The notes beneath the pieces are model-generated. The model was not told the origin of the DNA and made no database searches. It saw only the letters and a program-made list of their open reading frames with translations. A stretch of 64,000 nucleotides of DNA, taken from the NCBI GenBank assembly GCA_027623675.1, contig JAQBVF010000008.1:53137-117136 (forward strand). Direction: 5' to 3'. Both the position numbers and the translations under genes were made by a program. This DNA comes from Chloroflexota bacterium. Its GTDB lineage: Bacteria > Chloroflexota > Dehalococcoidia > Lucifugimonadales > UBA3495. Within the stretch, counting starts at the first letter, position 1, and the number at the start of each line of letters is the position of its first letter. Positions 9,504 to 20,240 of this stretch are shown in pieces.

Positions 9504-10346
9504 TCAGAAGCTCGGCTTGGTCGGGAACGGAGTCAATTGGATCTCGTGCGTCCAACAAGATCTGTCCTGGGTGTGCAGGTAATAGAACGCCTCGGCGATC
9601 TTAACGGGGTTCATCACCAGGTCGGGCTGCTGCTGCGCTTTCGGCAGCGCCCGCGTGCCCGGGGAGTCGATCGTGCCGTCGATGATTACGTTGGCCACGT
9701 GCACGCCGTGCTCGGAATATTCCTCGGTCAGCACCTGCGCCAACGTGCGCATCATCACCCTTGGGTAGTACAGCGACTGCCCGGTCTCCCGCTTCTTCCC
9801 GCGCAGGGATGACGGGTTATTCGAGATGAGGAAAGAACCTTCGCCACGCTTCCGCATGGCCGGCAGCACCTGCTTGGCGACCAGGAACGGCCCCCGGCTG
9901 GCGATGTGCTGGGCCGTTTCGAACATCTCCACCGGTATGTTTTCAAGCAATTCCATCTCTGGCGGAAGGTCGCGCCCCTCCAGGTAACCCGCGTTGTAGA
10001 CCAATACGTTTGGGTCGCCGGCCTCATCCCGGACCCGGGCGAACGCGTTGGAGATGGAATCCTCCGAGACCAGGTCAAGCTCCACGATCATGCTCTCGCC
10101 GCCTTGCTCCCGGATCGCCGCCTCCAATGGCGCCGCGTTGGGGGCGTTGCGGGTAGTCAGCACCACGAAGAATCCTTCCTGCGCAAACTTCTGGGCCACG
10201 GCGCCCCCGATGCCCCAGCGCACGCCGACGGGCAGGCCGCTGTCGTCGATGGCGCCGCCGTGGGCCAGTTTGGTGTTGCGGCCGTCCGCCTGCCATTTGG
10301 ATGTCGCCCCCACCACGACGGCGACCGGTTTATCGTTCGAGTTCAT
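9504..10346 (-). CDS. SDR family oxidoreductase (atypical)
   Basis: VVVGA...WGIGGAVA, LVYNAG, HVANVIIDG, SCWTHEIQL. Confidence 0.85.
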   Translation of the reverse strand: MNSNDKPVAVVVGATSKWQADGRNTKLAHGGAIDDSGLPVGVRWGIGGAVAQKFAQEGFFVVLTTRNAPNAAPLEAAIREQGGESMIVELDLVSEDSISNAFARVRDEAGDPNVLVYNAGYLEGRDLPPEMELLENIPVEMFETAQHIASRGPFLVAKQVLPAMRKRGEGSFLISNNPSSLRGKKRETGQSLYYPRVMMRTLAQVLTEEYSEHGVHVANVIIDGTIDSPGTRALPKAQQQPDLVMNPVKIAEAFYYLHTQDRSCWTHEIQLTPFPTKPSF

Positions 10347-10396
10347 GCCGGGTTACCTCCTCTGCTGATGCGATTTCTCGCGTAGTGTAACGCGTT

Positions 10397-11514
10397 CTAC
10401 CGGGGCGGCTCGTCCTTCAGGCCGAAGCCCGTGACCGGAACCAGCACCGTGCCGCCCGCTTGGACCGCGCCCTGACCGCTGAGCAGCTCTAGTCCCGCGA
10501 ACGCCGACGACGACGTTGGTTCGGCGAAGATGCCTTCCATCTCGGCCAGGTCTCGCTGAATCTTCAGGATGCTGGGCTCCTCGACCGCCACCGCGGACCC
10601 GCCGGTCCGGCGCAGGATATCCAGTATCTGCCATTGACGGGGCGGCGTCGCCACCGCGATGCCCCCGGCCACCGTTCTCGCGGCGGCGTTGGGTGTCCAG
10701 TCCTCTCCATTGTGGGCGGCCACCAAAGGCATGACGCTCCGGGACTGGACCACGTGGAGCCGGGGCATCTTCTCGATGAAACCTCCGGCTAACAACTCGC
10801 TGAAACCCTTGAATGCCCCATGAAGAGGGAGCCGTTCCCCACCGGGAAAACAACGTGGTCCGGCGGCTCGCCGTTGAATTGCCTCACGGCCTCGTAGGCA
10901 AATGCCTTGGCGCCCTCGGCGAAGTATGGGCTCATCATATGCGACGCGTAGACCAGGCCGTGCTGCTGGTAGTAAGCGACGGCCGCCGCCGCCACCGCGT
11001 CCCTCGTGCCTTCGGCCGGGTGGACCACCGCGCCATAGGCCCGAATCTGCCGGAGCTTGGCGTCGGGCGCGCCGGCCGGCACGAAGATATGCGACTTGAT
11101 CCCGGCCCGGGACGCGTAGGCCGACACCGAAGCCCCCGCGTTGCCCGACGAGTCTTCGACCATCTCCGTCACACCGTGCTCTTTGGCGACCGAGACCATG
11201 GTTGCGGCGCCCCGGTCTTTGAAAGACCCCGTCGGATTCAGGAATTCCAGCTTGGCATGCAGGTGGAGCATTGGAAAACGCGCTCCCAGCGTGGGCAAGG
11301 GCACGCAGGGCGTGTTCCCCTCCCCCAAGGACACCTCGGAGCCGGGATCATGCACCGGCGTAGGAATCTCATAGCCGCCCGGCACGATCCGTGCCTGGCC
11401 GCCGGTTATGTACGCAACATCAAAGGGCGCGCCGCAGTCGCCGCACGCCTCCGCCAACATATCCGCCGCGCGGGCTCTTCCGCACCGTGGGCAACGTAAC
11501 TCGATGTGTGACAC
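10397..11514 (-). pseudogene. Threonine synthase-like PLP enzyme split by a single-base frameshift
   Basis: SLGEGNTP, NPTGSFKDRG, SSGNAG, PVGNGS in the first ORF; EGIFAEPTS and TGFGLK in the second. One extra G in the GGGG run (10816-10819) restores MGAFKGFSELLAGG. Confidence 0.8.
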
Positions 11515-11646
11515 GGATCTTGTTCTATATTGATTCTGGTTCGGCCATCGCCGGCCGCCTTCGGTATTTGTTAGAAATTCGATTTCACACCGAAAATCTC
11601 AGCAACCATTCCGCAATCAATCTTGACCTCTCCGTGAATAGAGATT

Positions 11647-12909
11647 CTAACAATACTTGGTATCTAAACGACAAGCGCTGGTAATATCCGCTTCCGCCGC
11701 TGCATTCCTGCCCAATTGTTGCCAAGCGTATGAACGATTAACAAAATTAATCGCTGAGGTGCCCCCAGAAATCTGCACGGCCTGGGTGTAATCATCTACA
11801 GCTTCGTGATAGAAGCCCAGGACGTAATACACGTTGCCCCGATTGTTGTAATAAGCGGAATCCGGTACTGCGGTCTGTTCTATCGCCCGAGAGTACTCAA
11901 TAAGAGCCTGGTAGTATTGCTGGCTGTTGTAAAGAAATTCGGCTTCCATGAAATGTTCGTAAGCGGACATCGCGGGAGTAGGGCTTGGCCAAGGCGTCGA
12001 AGTTGGTCGGGGAGTAGCAGTCGGAAACGGAGTCGGCGTTACCAATGCATATTTGAACCCGCCTTTCAGGACTGGGATTTGGTTAGCTATATCAAATGAT
12101 GGAACCAGAAACCCGATGTTGTCTGCTTCTAGCTTCGAAGTGGGAATCCCGATCAATTTACCATCTCGGTCAACCGCCGCTCCTCCGCTGTTCCCAGGGT
12201 TGATTGCCGCGTCGGTCTGGATAACCGTCTGTCCGTTGAGTTGTCTGATAGCCGACACTACACCTCTGGTGGTCGTGCTTTCGCCGGTCAAACCCAGCGG
12301 GTATCCAATCGTAGTTATCTCTTCATTTACAGCCGGCCTCCGATTCGAGAGCGTCAGGTACTTTAATGTCCTGAAAAAAGGTTCTACTTTGACAATCGCA
12401 ATGTCCTTTAATTCGTCGAAGCCGACGACAGTACCCAACAAGGTATAAGAATCTTCTATGCGGATATCCACATATGAATAACCACTGACCACATGGTAAT
12501 TTGTGAGGATATAGCCACTGGAATCAATGATTGTACCCGATCCTCTACTGGCCGGGGTTTCGATTCGAACAATAGCATCTTGAACTCTTGCCGTTACCTC
12601 CGCGAATGTTGGAGTCGAGGTCGCTTTCGGCAACGCAGTTGAAGTGGGCGCAGGAATCGCCGTCCGAGTTGGGGTGGGAACCGGGGTGGCAGAGGGAACG
12701 ACGGTAGAGGTGGGCGCTGGCGTTACGGTTGCCACCTCGGACAACCGCAGGCTAACGATTGCCTCAACCGTACCAGCAATATCGGGTGTGGGTGTAGGCG
12801 TGGGCTGTGGAGTATCAGTCGGAGGAATGGGTGTCGCAACAGCAGAGCAACCGACCAGGACTCCAATCGCTGCTATCAAGGCCACGACTGGAATTGGGCG
12901 ATGCTTCAT
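11647..12909 (-). CDS. Lipoprotein with trypsin-like (HtrA-type) serine protease domain, PT-rich linkers and C-terminal TPRs
   Basis: Lipobox LVGC; GSG, LTNYHVV, DIAIVK, QTDAAINPGNSGG triad; YYNNRG TPR; lower GC. Confidence 0.88.
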   Translation of the reverse strand: MKHRPIPVVALIAAIGVLVGCSAVATPIPPTDTPQPTPTPTPDIAGTVEAIVSLRLSEVATVTPAPTSTVVPSATPVPTPTRTAIPAPTSTALPKATSTPTFAEVTARVQDAIVRIETPASRGSGTIIDSSGYILTNYHVVSGYSYVDIRIEDSYTLLGTVVGFDELKDIAIVKVEPFFRTLKYLTLSNRRPAVNEEITTIGYPLGLTGESTTTRGVVSAIRQLNGQTVIQTDAAINPGNSGGAAVDRDGKLIGIPTSKLEADNIGFLVPSFDIANQIPVLKGGFKYALVTPTPFPTATPRPTSTPWPSPTPAMSAYEHFMEAEFLYNSQQYYQALIEYSRAIEQTAVPDSAYYNNRGNVYYVLGFYHEAVDDYTQAVQISGGTSAINFVNRSYAWQQLGRNAAAEADITSACRLDTKYC

Positions 12910-13206
12910 TTGGTTTCCTACCCTCAATTGGCTCGGCGGGCGAAGGACCCATATTCAGGCCAGATTCCCCGATAATTTCGGGCCTGTCGATTATATCATC
13001 ACGCGTAACTTAATCGGTAATATACGAGGAAGCGGGTCAACTTGCTCATGCAAGATGAGTTGGCTAACGTGCTTGGAACGCGCCAATCATCCCAATCGCA
13101 AGCGGACCTCTCCCCAACTGACTGTGCCCCCGGCGCGGTAGTGATATTGCTCCAACGAGATCTTGGGCCTGGGACCACGCTGGGGCCCCGAGTAAAGGGC
13201 GTCACT

Positions 13207-13425
13207 GTGAAAGATAGCAAGAAGAAGTTTCACCTCGCCCAGTTTCTGGTACATGGTCCGACATACCATAGTCTAGCCATGTGGCGTCATCCCCGCACCG
13301 ATTGGCCCGACGATAGTTGGCGCAAACCCGAACTCTACCAGCATATTGCCAAGTTCCGCGAGCGGGGCCGGTTCGAGATCGCGGTCTTCGCCGACCCCGT
13401 TCCCACTGAACGCAGTGCCGCTTAA
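13207..13425 (+). pseudogene. N-terminal remnant of an NtaA/DmoA-type FMN-dependent monooxygenase
   Basis: FHLAQFL...AMWRHP...YQHIAK..ERGRFEIAVFAD then a stop; full members are about 440 aa. Confidence 0.65.
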
Positions 13426-13558
13426 AGTCGACCGTGCCGGTTGCGGGGCTTCCCCGTGGGTATCTTATAGGCGACCGCCCCCTAAGCTATAATCCCCGGC
13501 GTCACTTCAGAGTGGGACCCACGGGGGAGACCCGAGGGGAGATTTAAAGGGGAGATTC

Positions 13559-14014
13559 ATGAAAGCCAAATCCATCTCGCATATCGCGGTTTGTGTCAGT
13601 GACTTGGATCGGTCGCTGGCCTTCTACCAGGGCATCCTGGGCATGACCGTCTCGCTGGACACGGTCCAGGACACCCGCGGCGGCTCCCGGACCTACACCT
13701 ACAAGAACGAGCGCGACACCCGCCGGGTGGCCCACTTGAGTTGGGGTGAGGACCAAGAACCCTACCTGGTGATGACCTGCCACCCCGGGAGCCAGCCCGA
13801 CGGCGCGCCCATCAAGTTGGACCAGATCGGTGTCAGTCACTTCTCATTCACCGTGGATGATGTGCTGGGTCTGGCCAACGAACTGGTGGCCAAAGGCGTG
13901 GAGATCCCGGGCGGCATCCAGGCATTCACCAACGCCAAGGGCGAAGTAAGCTCCTTCTACGTAACCGACCCGGACGGCATACTGGTCCAATTCGACGGTG
14001 GGTCCGCGGCCTAG
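13559..14014 (+). CDS. VOC/glyoxalase family protein
   Basis: SHIAVCVSDLDRSLAFY, GVSHFSFTVDD, YVTDPDG. Confidence 0.9.
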   Translation: MKAKSISHIAVCVSDLDRSLAFYQGILGMTVSLDTVQDTRGGSRTYTYKNERDTRRVAHLSWGEDQEPYLVMTCHPGSQPDGAPIKLDQIGVSHFSFTVDDVLGLANELVAKGVEIPGGIQAFTNAKGEVSSFYVTDPDGILVQFDGGSAA

Positions 14015-14027
14015 CGGCTGACCGCCG

Positions 14028-15491
14028 CTATTCGCAGAAATCGCTGGTGGCGCCTTCCTTGCCCGTGGGCAGAGAGCGCATCTTCTCGCCGTCGGCGGCG
14101 GGCAGGTAGTCGAAGAAGCACACACCGTAATGGCCGAACTCTTTGTCGGAGGCGAAAAGGTCAGCCCACGCCGGGTTGGGGACCACGTTGTTGGGCTTTC
14201 GCACGTCGTAGAGACCAAAATCCACGAATATGTTTGCCGGCGGAATCCCGACCGCGGTTCCCACCACATCCCCCTGGTCGACCCAGAACGGCGGGTTGAT
14301 AAAGCTGGTCCGGCTGTCGCCGGAATTCGCGGGCGGGATGTCTTTCAGCGCCTCGGCAAGCTCGGGCGGCACTTCTAGGACGTGATCGAACCGGTAGAAG
14401 AACCCGCACGGCACCGAGAAGAACAGCAGGTATTGGGGCACGCCCGATTCCAGGTATTTGGCGGCCTGCACCAGGTGTGACCCCACCGGCGCTCTAACCG
14501 TGACATTGTTGTCGGCATTCCCGTCGAACCGGAACCCGCCGTGGGCGACGTACGCGCCGCGCTGCTGGCCGGGCCACAACGCCGAGGTCACGATGCTCAT
14601 ATCCACCGGCGTCTGCAGGACAAACGGGTCGTCACAATTTGGCGCTTCGCCGTTGGGCGACCACTCTACGCCGTTGAACATCCACCGGACGCCGGACTCC
14701 GAAGCCGCTACCGGTGCGTCGTGGCTGGCGGGCGTTGGCGTGGCCGGTGGCCGCTGAGTAGGAACGGGGATGGCTGCCGGTGGTATTTGCGTCTGCCGAG
14801 CTCCCCGGACCAGCGTTTCCTTGATCGATAGGGTCCCGCGTTCCCCGACCACCGTGAGGTCAATGGCCACCGATTGGCCGGCGTCGATTCCGGACACGCC
14901 CTCCAGATACCACTGCAACTTCGCCTTCTCACCCGGCAGGAGCCGCAATGGCTCTCCCTCGTATCGAGACGGCGGGATTGAGATGTATTCGTTGCGGTCC
15001 CATCTGACCCTGGACGGGAATCTCTCCCAGGTACCGCTGGTTTGGGCCCGCGCGGCCCCTCCTTCGACGAACGAGATCGTCACCGACTTAAACTCGATGG
15101 TCTCGCCGCTTTCGTTGTAGGCAAGTATCTGGGTCTCTTGCGTTGAAAGATTATCCGGTTCATCCAGCGGCCAATAGTACTCAAGAATCAGGCCGTTCTG
15201 CTGGTAGAACACGTTGGTTGGGACCTGACTCTGGCCGCCTGCCGGCTGTGTCTCTGCTGATTTCGGCCCGGCGGCGTGCTCTATTGCCGCCGGCCCAGGC
15301 GTCGCCAGAGGAACAGCGGATTCCTGGGGCGTCGTTGTCGGAGCAGGGTCTACCGCCAGACCGGGTATGGGAATGGGAACCGCGGTGGCCAAGCCCGGAA
15401 CTTGCGTTCGTATCGACTCAGCCCCACATGCCATTAGAAGCAACAGGGTGACTGGGGCGGCCAGAAGGAACGCCAGTCTGCGAAGGTTCAT
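14028..15491 (-). CDS. Hypothetical multidomain lipoprotein
   Basis: Signal peptide with LMAC lipobox, Pro/Ala/Thr linkers and two globular regions. Confidence 0.7.
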   Translation of the reverse strand: MNLRRLAFLLAAPVTLLLLMACGAESIRTQVPGLATAVPIPIPGLAVDPAPTTTPQESAVPLATPGPAAIEHAAGPKSAETQPAGGQSQVPTNVFYQQNGLILEYYWPLDEPDNLSTQETQILAYNESGETIEFKSVTISFVEGGAARAQTSGTWERFPSRVRWDRNEYISIPPSRYEGEPLRLLPGEKAKLQWYLEGVSGIDAGQSVAIDLTVVGERGTLSIKETLVRGARQTQIPPAAIPVPTQRPPATPTPASHDAPVAASESGVRWMFNGVEWSPNGEAPNCDDPFVLQTPVDMSIVTSALWPGQQRGAYVAHGGFRFDGNADNNVTVRAPVGSHLVQAAKYLESGVPQYLLFFSVPCGFFYRFDHVLEVPPELAEALKDIPPANSGDSRTSFINPPFWVDQGDVVGTAVGIPPANIFVDFGLYDVRKPNNVVPNPAWADLFASDKEFGHYGVCFFDYLPAADGEKMRSLPTGKEGATSDFCE

Positions 15492-15717
15492 GAACCGATC
15501 CTAGCAAATGCAGGCGTCTAAATCTAACCGGCAGTCAGCCCTTCTCCATAACCAGATCACCGGGATTCAAGGCGTCCAATATGACTTATGTCATGTCATT
15601 TCCGGCGCTGCCTACACTTGGTGTGTTTTGGTCTGAGACTGCCCCTACCTCATTTCATATCAACTATCACGATACTTATGCTAGGCTGATATCGTAAATA
15701 ATGTTACCGTATTAGGC

Positions 15718-17034
15718 GTGTCCAACTCTGATTCCACCAACAACTCGAACGCTGGGAACGGCTCCAACCCCGCAGCCAGACTGAAAGAGACTCTGGCCTA
15801 CCCCGGTTGGAGGGTCGTTGGCGCCTGCTCTTTTTTGGCCGTGTTCGTCGGCAGCATCTTCGTCTACGGATTCCCCGTTTTCTTCCTGCAGATCCAGCGC
15901 GACCTGGAACTGAGCAGCGCGGCCACATCGCTGATCTTCGCCCTATCCAGAGGCGAGGCCGGGATTGCCGGGCCCATCACGGGCTGGATCGTGGACAAAT
16001 TCGACTCCAGACCCATCGTCATCTTCGGCGGGTTGATGGTGGGAGGCGGGTTGGCCATCCTGTCGGTGGTCCACACCTATTGGATATTCCTGGTTGTGTT
16101 CATCGGCATGGTGGCGGTGGGCAACAACACCAGCTTCGGCCAAACGTTCCTGGCGGTGATCAACCGGTGGTTCGTCAAGCGCAAGGCCGTCGCCATGACC
16201 CTGGTCATCACCTCCTACACCATCGGCGGCGCGTTCATGGTGCCCCTGCTGTCCCGTGGCGTTGAGGCCCTCGGCTGGCGGACAGTGCTGCTCTACGCCG
16301 GCATCTTCGTGGTGGCTCTGTCCATCCCGACCTCGTTCTTCATCCGCCGTTCACCCGAGAGCGTGGGCATCGACATCGACCAATCACCCGAAGCGATTGA
16401 CAGAACCGCATCGCCGTCCGCCCGGGCAAGCATCTCGGACACCGACTTCGGGGTTAAAGAAGCGCTCAAGACCACCACCTTCTGGTTATTGATGGTCGCC
16501 AGTTCTCTGCGCATCTCAGTAACCAGCGGATTATTGGTCCACGCCATACCGATCATGACCTGGCGGGGACTCAGCGAGCAATCGGGGGCCGACCTGATCG
16601 CACTGCTCTTCTTCATCGCCATCCCGGCCCGCCTGTTCTTTGGACTCTACAGCTCCGGTATACAGACCCGCTTCATACTGGGCATGGGCATGGCCTTCGG
16701 CACATTGGGGCTATTCACGCTGATATTCGTCAGCGCTGGCTGGGCGGTCTACACCTTTGTGGCCGGGATCGCGCTCTTGGAGGGCGCCACCACGCTCAAC
16801 TGGGTGCTGATGGGTCAGTACTACGGACGGCGCAACTTCGCCACAATCATCGGCATGATCACCGCCGTCTACAGCGTCGGGATGCTGGCCTCGCCGTTGT
16901 TCCTGGGCTGGGTCTTCGACAGCACAGGCTCCTACCGGGCCGGCCTGATCGTGTTCCTGGTGATGTACGGGACCAGCGCGGTCTTCTTCCTGTTCAGCTC
17001 CCGGCCCACGAAACGCGCCGTCCAACCGGCATAG
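15718..17034 (+). CDS. MFS transporter
   Basis: About 12 TM segments, GWIVDKFDSR motif A, YYGRRNFATI. Confidence 0.9.
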   Translation: MSNSDSTNNSNAGNGSNPAARLKETLAYPGWRVVGACSFLAVFVGSIFVYGFPVFFLQIQRDLELSSAATSLIFALSRGEAGIAGPITGWIVDKFDSRPIVIFGGLMVGGGLAILSVVHTYWIFLVVFIGMVAVGNNTSFGQTFLAVINRWFVKRKAVAMTLVITSYTIGGAFMVPLLSRGVEALGWRTVLLYAGIFVVALSIPTSFFIRRSPESVGIDIDQSPEAIDRTASPSARASISDTDFGVKEALKTTTFWLLMVASSLRISVTSGLLVHAIPIMTWRGLSEQSGADLIALLFFIAIPARLFFGLYSSGIQTRFILGMGMAFGTLGLFTLIFVSAGWAVYTFVAGIALLEGATTLNWVLMGQYYGRRNFATIIGMITAVYSVGMLASPLFLGWVFDSTGSYRAGLIVFLVMYGTSAVFFLFSSRPTKRAVQPA

Positions 17035-17336
17035 CCCGGCCTCAGCCTGCCGATTTCACCGGCACCACTTGGCCGGCGTCATCCAGAGGGAGAGTCATGG
17101 CAGCAACGGCTGTGAATACCTCCTGCGCTGCCACACCGGTCCTCACTTGGGGTCCGGGCCTCTCCAATGACACCCCACTCGACCGCCACTGTAAAGAGAT
17201 GGCACCTACTACAACGGCCGGTTCATCTTGGTCGAAGAACCGCAAAGCATTCAGGTTTCAGGGAATCGGTATAGTACAATCCCACCCATGCTAAACTACC
17301 CCAATCCGAACCATATCCGACTTTCGGAGTTACAAC

Positions 17337-17897
17337 ATGCAGGCAGAGATACAACACCTGAACCAGGCCGCCTTGGAAGCCGGGCTTGATGAGATACGCC
17401 GTTCGCCCAAGGACCAGTCCGTCCTCGACCTGATCGTGAGCCGTCCCGGTGAGAACGAGCGGGAGGTCATGGAACTGGCCGACCTGGACACCAACCTGGG
17501 GCTGGTGGGAGACACCTGGGTCGACCGGCCCAGCTCCCGCAGCGGCGACGGCAAAGCCCACCCCGACATGCAGATCACCATCATGAACTCGCGGGTCGCC
17601 AATCTGGTGGCCCAGACCAAGGACCGTTGGCCGCTGGCCGGCGACCAGTTGTTCGCCGACATCGACCTCAGCGCCGCGAACATGCCACCCGGCACCCGCA
17701 TCGCCGTGGGCCAGGCCGTCCTGGAAGCCACCGACCAGCCCCACACCGGCTGCAAGAAGTTCGCCGCCCGGTTCGGTGTTGACGCGTTGAAGCTCCTCAA
17801 CTCCCCCGCCGGCAAGGAACTGCAACTCCGGGGCATCAACCTGAAAGTGGTGCAGAACGGCGAGATCAAGCCCGGAGACCCGATTAAAAAACTTTAG
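17337..17897 (+). CDS. MOSC domain protein
   Basis: GLVGD, QITIMN, GDQLFADIDLS, PHTGCKKF, LRGINLKVV. Confidence 0.85.
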   Translation: MQAEIQHLNQAALEAGLDEIRRSPKDQSVLDLIVSRPGENEREVMELADLDTNLGLVGDTWVDRPSSRSGDGKAHPDMQITIMNSRVANLVAQTKDRWPLAGDQLFADIDLSAANMPPGTRIAVGQAVLEATDQPHTGCKKFAARFGVDALKLLNSPAGKELQLRGINLKVVQNGEIKPGDPIKKL

Positions 17898-17968
17898 GCC
17901 AGACACTCTCGTCAAGAAGCCATAGGGCCATACCTGACTCCCCGGAAATAACCGATAGAGGTGCCACC

Positions 17969-19069
17969 ATGGTCACTCTGACCGCGCCCGACGCCGTGTC
18001 GATGGACAGCCAGAAACTGGACCACGTGAAGCAGCTATTCCACCAGCAGATAGCCGACGGCCTGCATCCGGGGGCCGGACTGGCCGTGTACCGCTACGGC
18101 CACCTGGTCCTGGACATCTTCGGAGGCGTCACCGACTCCGAGCCGGTAACCTCCGGCACCATGTTCGTGCTGATGTCCTCCACCAAGCCTCTGACCGCCT
18201 CGTGCCTCTACATGCTGAAGGAGCGGGGCAAGATTGCCTATGACGACCTGGTCTCTAAATACTGGCCCGAGTTCGCCCAGAACGGCAAAGAGACGGTGAC
18301 CATCCGCCACATCTTGACCCACCGCGGCGGCTTTCCGGAGACCCCCAAGTCCCTGCCATCCAGCGATTGGCCCGACTGGAGCAAGGTGACCCGCGCCATG
18401 GAACAGGCGCCAACGATCTACACCCCCGGCGAGACCATGGCCTACCATCCCATCAACTATGGCTGGGTCATCGCCGAGATCGTCCGGAGGGTGGATGGGC
18501 GAACCTTCGACCGGTTCATCGCCGAGGAACTCACCGCCCCGCTTGGCATGGACAACACCTACGTGGGCTTGCCCGCGGGCTTGGAGGGCCGGGTGTCGCC
18601 CATGCACAAGATGGAAGATGACGCCGACCCCAGCGGCTACAGCGCGACGTTCAGCCAACCGCCGGTGTGGCGGTCCATCGTGCCCGGCGCGGCAGGGGTC
18701 GCCACGGCCGGAGACCTGGCCCGGTTCTACGCCATGATGGAGCGCCAAGGCTCCCTGGACGGCGCCACGGTGGTCCAGACCGATACGGTGGCCGAAGCCG
18801 TCGCATTGCAGGTGGAAGGCACCGACCAGTCGTTGGGCGCCTTCGCCCAGCGCTCCTTGGGTCTGGCCCTGGCCGACGAGCGCATGGGCAGGTCCGCCGG
18901 AAGCCCGTTGAACACATTCGGTCACGGCGGCGCCGGCACGTCCATCGGGTGGGCCGACCATGACTCGGGCCTGGCCGTGGGCTACATCACCAACGGCTTC
19001 CGGGGCAACGTCAACAACAATGCCCGGCTGGCCGCCATCTCCCAGTCAATCAGGGACGCCTGCGTCTAA
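17969..19069 (+). CDS. Serine hydrolase, beta-lactamase/esterase family
   Basis: SSTK (SxxK), LTHRGG, YHP, FGHGGAG. Confidence 0.9.
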   Translation: MVTLTAPDAVSMDSQKLDHVKQLFHQQIADGLHPGAGLAVYRYGHLVLDIFGGVTDSEPVTSGTMFVLMSSTKPLTASCLYMLKERGKIAYDDLVSKYWPEFAQNGKETVTIRHILTHRGGFPETPKSLPSSDWPDWSKVTRAMEQAPTIYTPGETMAYHPINYGWVIAEIVRRVDGRTFDRFIAEELTAPLGMDNTYVGLPAGLEGRVSPMHKMEDDADPSGYSATFSQPPVWRSIVPGAAGVATAGDLARFYAMMERQGSLDGATVVQTDTVAEAVALQVEGTDQSLGAFAQRSLGLALADERMGRSAGSPLNTFGHGGAGTSIGWADHDSGLAVGYITNGFRGNVNNNARLAAISQSIRDACV

Positions 19070-19208
19070 ACTGGCCAGAACTCCACCGCCTTAAATACCT
19101 CTTGAATCACCGTACGCGGATCGCATCCGATGCGGTGATTCGTTGCGCATCCGGTCCAGACAGTCACTCACTGAACCTAGCACATGCCATCGGCTGGAGG
19201 TTAGAACC

Positions 19209-20126
19209 GTGGGAACCACCGAAGGAATCTTGGGCGGCAACCTGTCCCGGCGGGCGTTCCTAAGCAAGCTGGCCCTGGCCGCCGGCGGCTCGGCGGTCGC
19301 CTTGGCTTGCGGCCCCGAAGCCACGCGCATCCTGTCCACCACCACCTCATCCCAGACACCGGCCACTGAGGCCTCCCCGGCAACCGCACCGACAACGGCG
19401 TCCACCGCGGACCGCGGAGATTCCCAAGATTCCATCGAGGCCGGTCCGGTTGAGTTCGAGGGCAACGGAGCGAAGCTGCTGGGGTATCTTTCCCGGCCCA
19501 CTCTGCCCGGACCCCATCCCGGTATCGGGGTGGTGCACGAGAACCGGGGCCTGCTGCCCCATTTCGAAGATGTCACCCGCCGGTTCGCGCGGGAGGGGTA
19601 CGTCGCCCTGGCCATCGACGCGCTGTCTCGGGAAGGGGGCGCGGCGGCTTTCGCCGGGGGCAGTGAGATGCTCGCTGCGTTGCGCGGCATCCCCACGGAA
19701 CAGGTAGTCGCCGATGGCAACGCCGCCGTGCGGTTCCTCCAGGACCAGAGTTATGTCCGGAGCGACCGGGTCGGCGCCACCGGGTTCTGCTTCGGCGGCA
19801 GCATCGTGTGGCTGATGGCCGTCGGCAATCCGGAGTTGCGGGCAGCCGTCCCCTTCTACGGCAGCGCGCCGCCACTGGAAGACGTGCCCAACCTACAGGC
19901 GCCGGTGTTGGGCATCTACGCCGGTGAGGACTCGCGCATCAACGCGGGGGTTTCAGCCCTGGAAGACACCCTGAGATCGGAAGGCAAGGACTACAAGTTC
20001 GTGACCTATCCGGGCGCCAACCACGCGTTCTTCAACGACACTGGCAGCCGCTACAATCCCCAGGCGGCTGAGGCGGCCTGGATGGAAACCCTGGACTGGT
20101 TCGAAGACCATCTGATGGATACCTGA
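19209..20126 (+). CDS. Tat-exported dienelactone hydrolase family lipoprotein
   Basis: LSRRAFL twin-arginine motif, LAC lipobox, HENRGL, GFCFGG, HAFFND; GTG start after GGAGG. Confidence 0.88.
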   Translation: MGTTEGILGGNLSRRAFLSKLALAAGGSAVALACGPEATRILSTTTSSQTPATEASPATAPTTASTADRGDSQDSIEAGPVEFEGNGAKLLGYLSRPTLPGPHPGIGVVHENRGLLPHFEDVTRRFAREGYVALAIDALSREGGAAAFAGGSEMLAALRGIPTEQVVADGNAAVRFLQDQSYVRSDRVGATGFCFGGSIVWLMAVGNPELRAAVPFYGSAPPLEDVPNLQAPVLGIYAGEDSRINAGVSALEDTLRSEGKDYKFVTYPGANHAFFNDTGSRYNPQAAEAAWMETLDWFEDHLMDT

Positions 20127-20240
20127 CCGGAGGCCTAGTCAGGGACCCTAAAACCCTGGCCTGGTAGGGCTCCGGTCACCGCCACGGCCATCTCAGCCCC
20201 GGGTGCCCCTTCCCTCCTAAGGCGCCGCGCCATCACGCCG

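Noticed and set aside
10789..10800. Selenocysteine read-through explaining the split threonine synthase
   Set aside because: The stop is TAG and the halves are in different frames, so it is a frameshift rather than UGA recoding.
17969..19069. Antibiotic-resistance beta-lactamase
   Set aside because: No signal peptide, and the motifs fit cytoplasmic family VIII esterase-like serine hydrolases.
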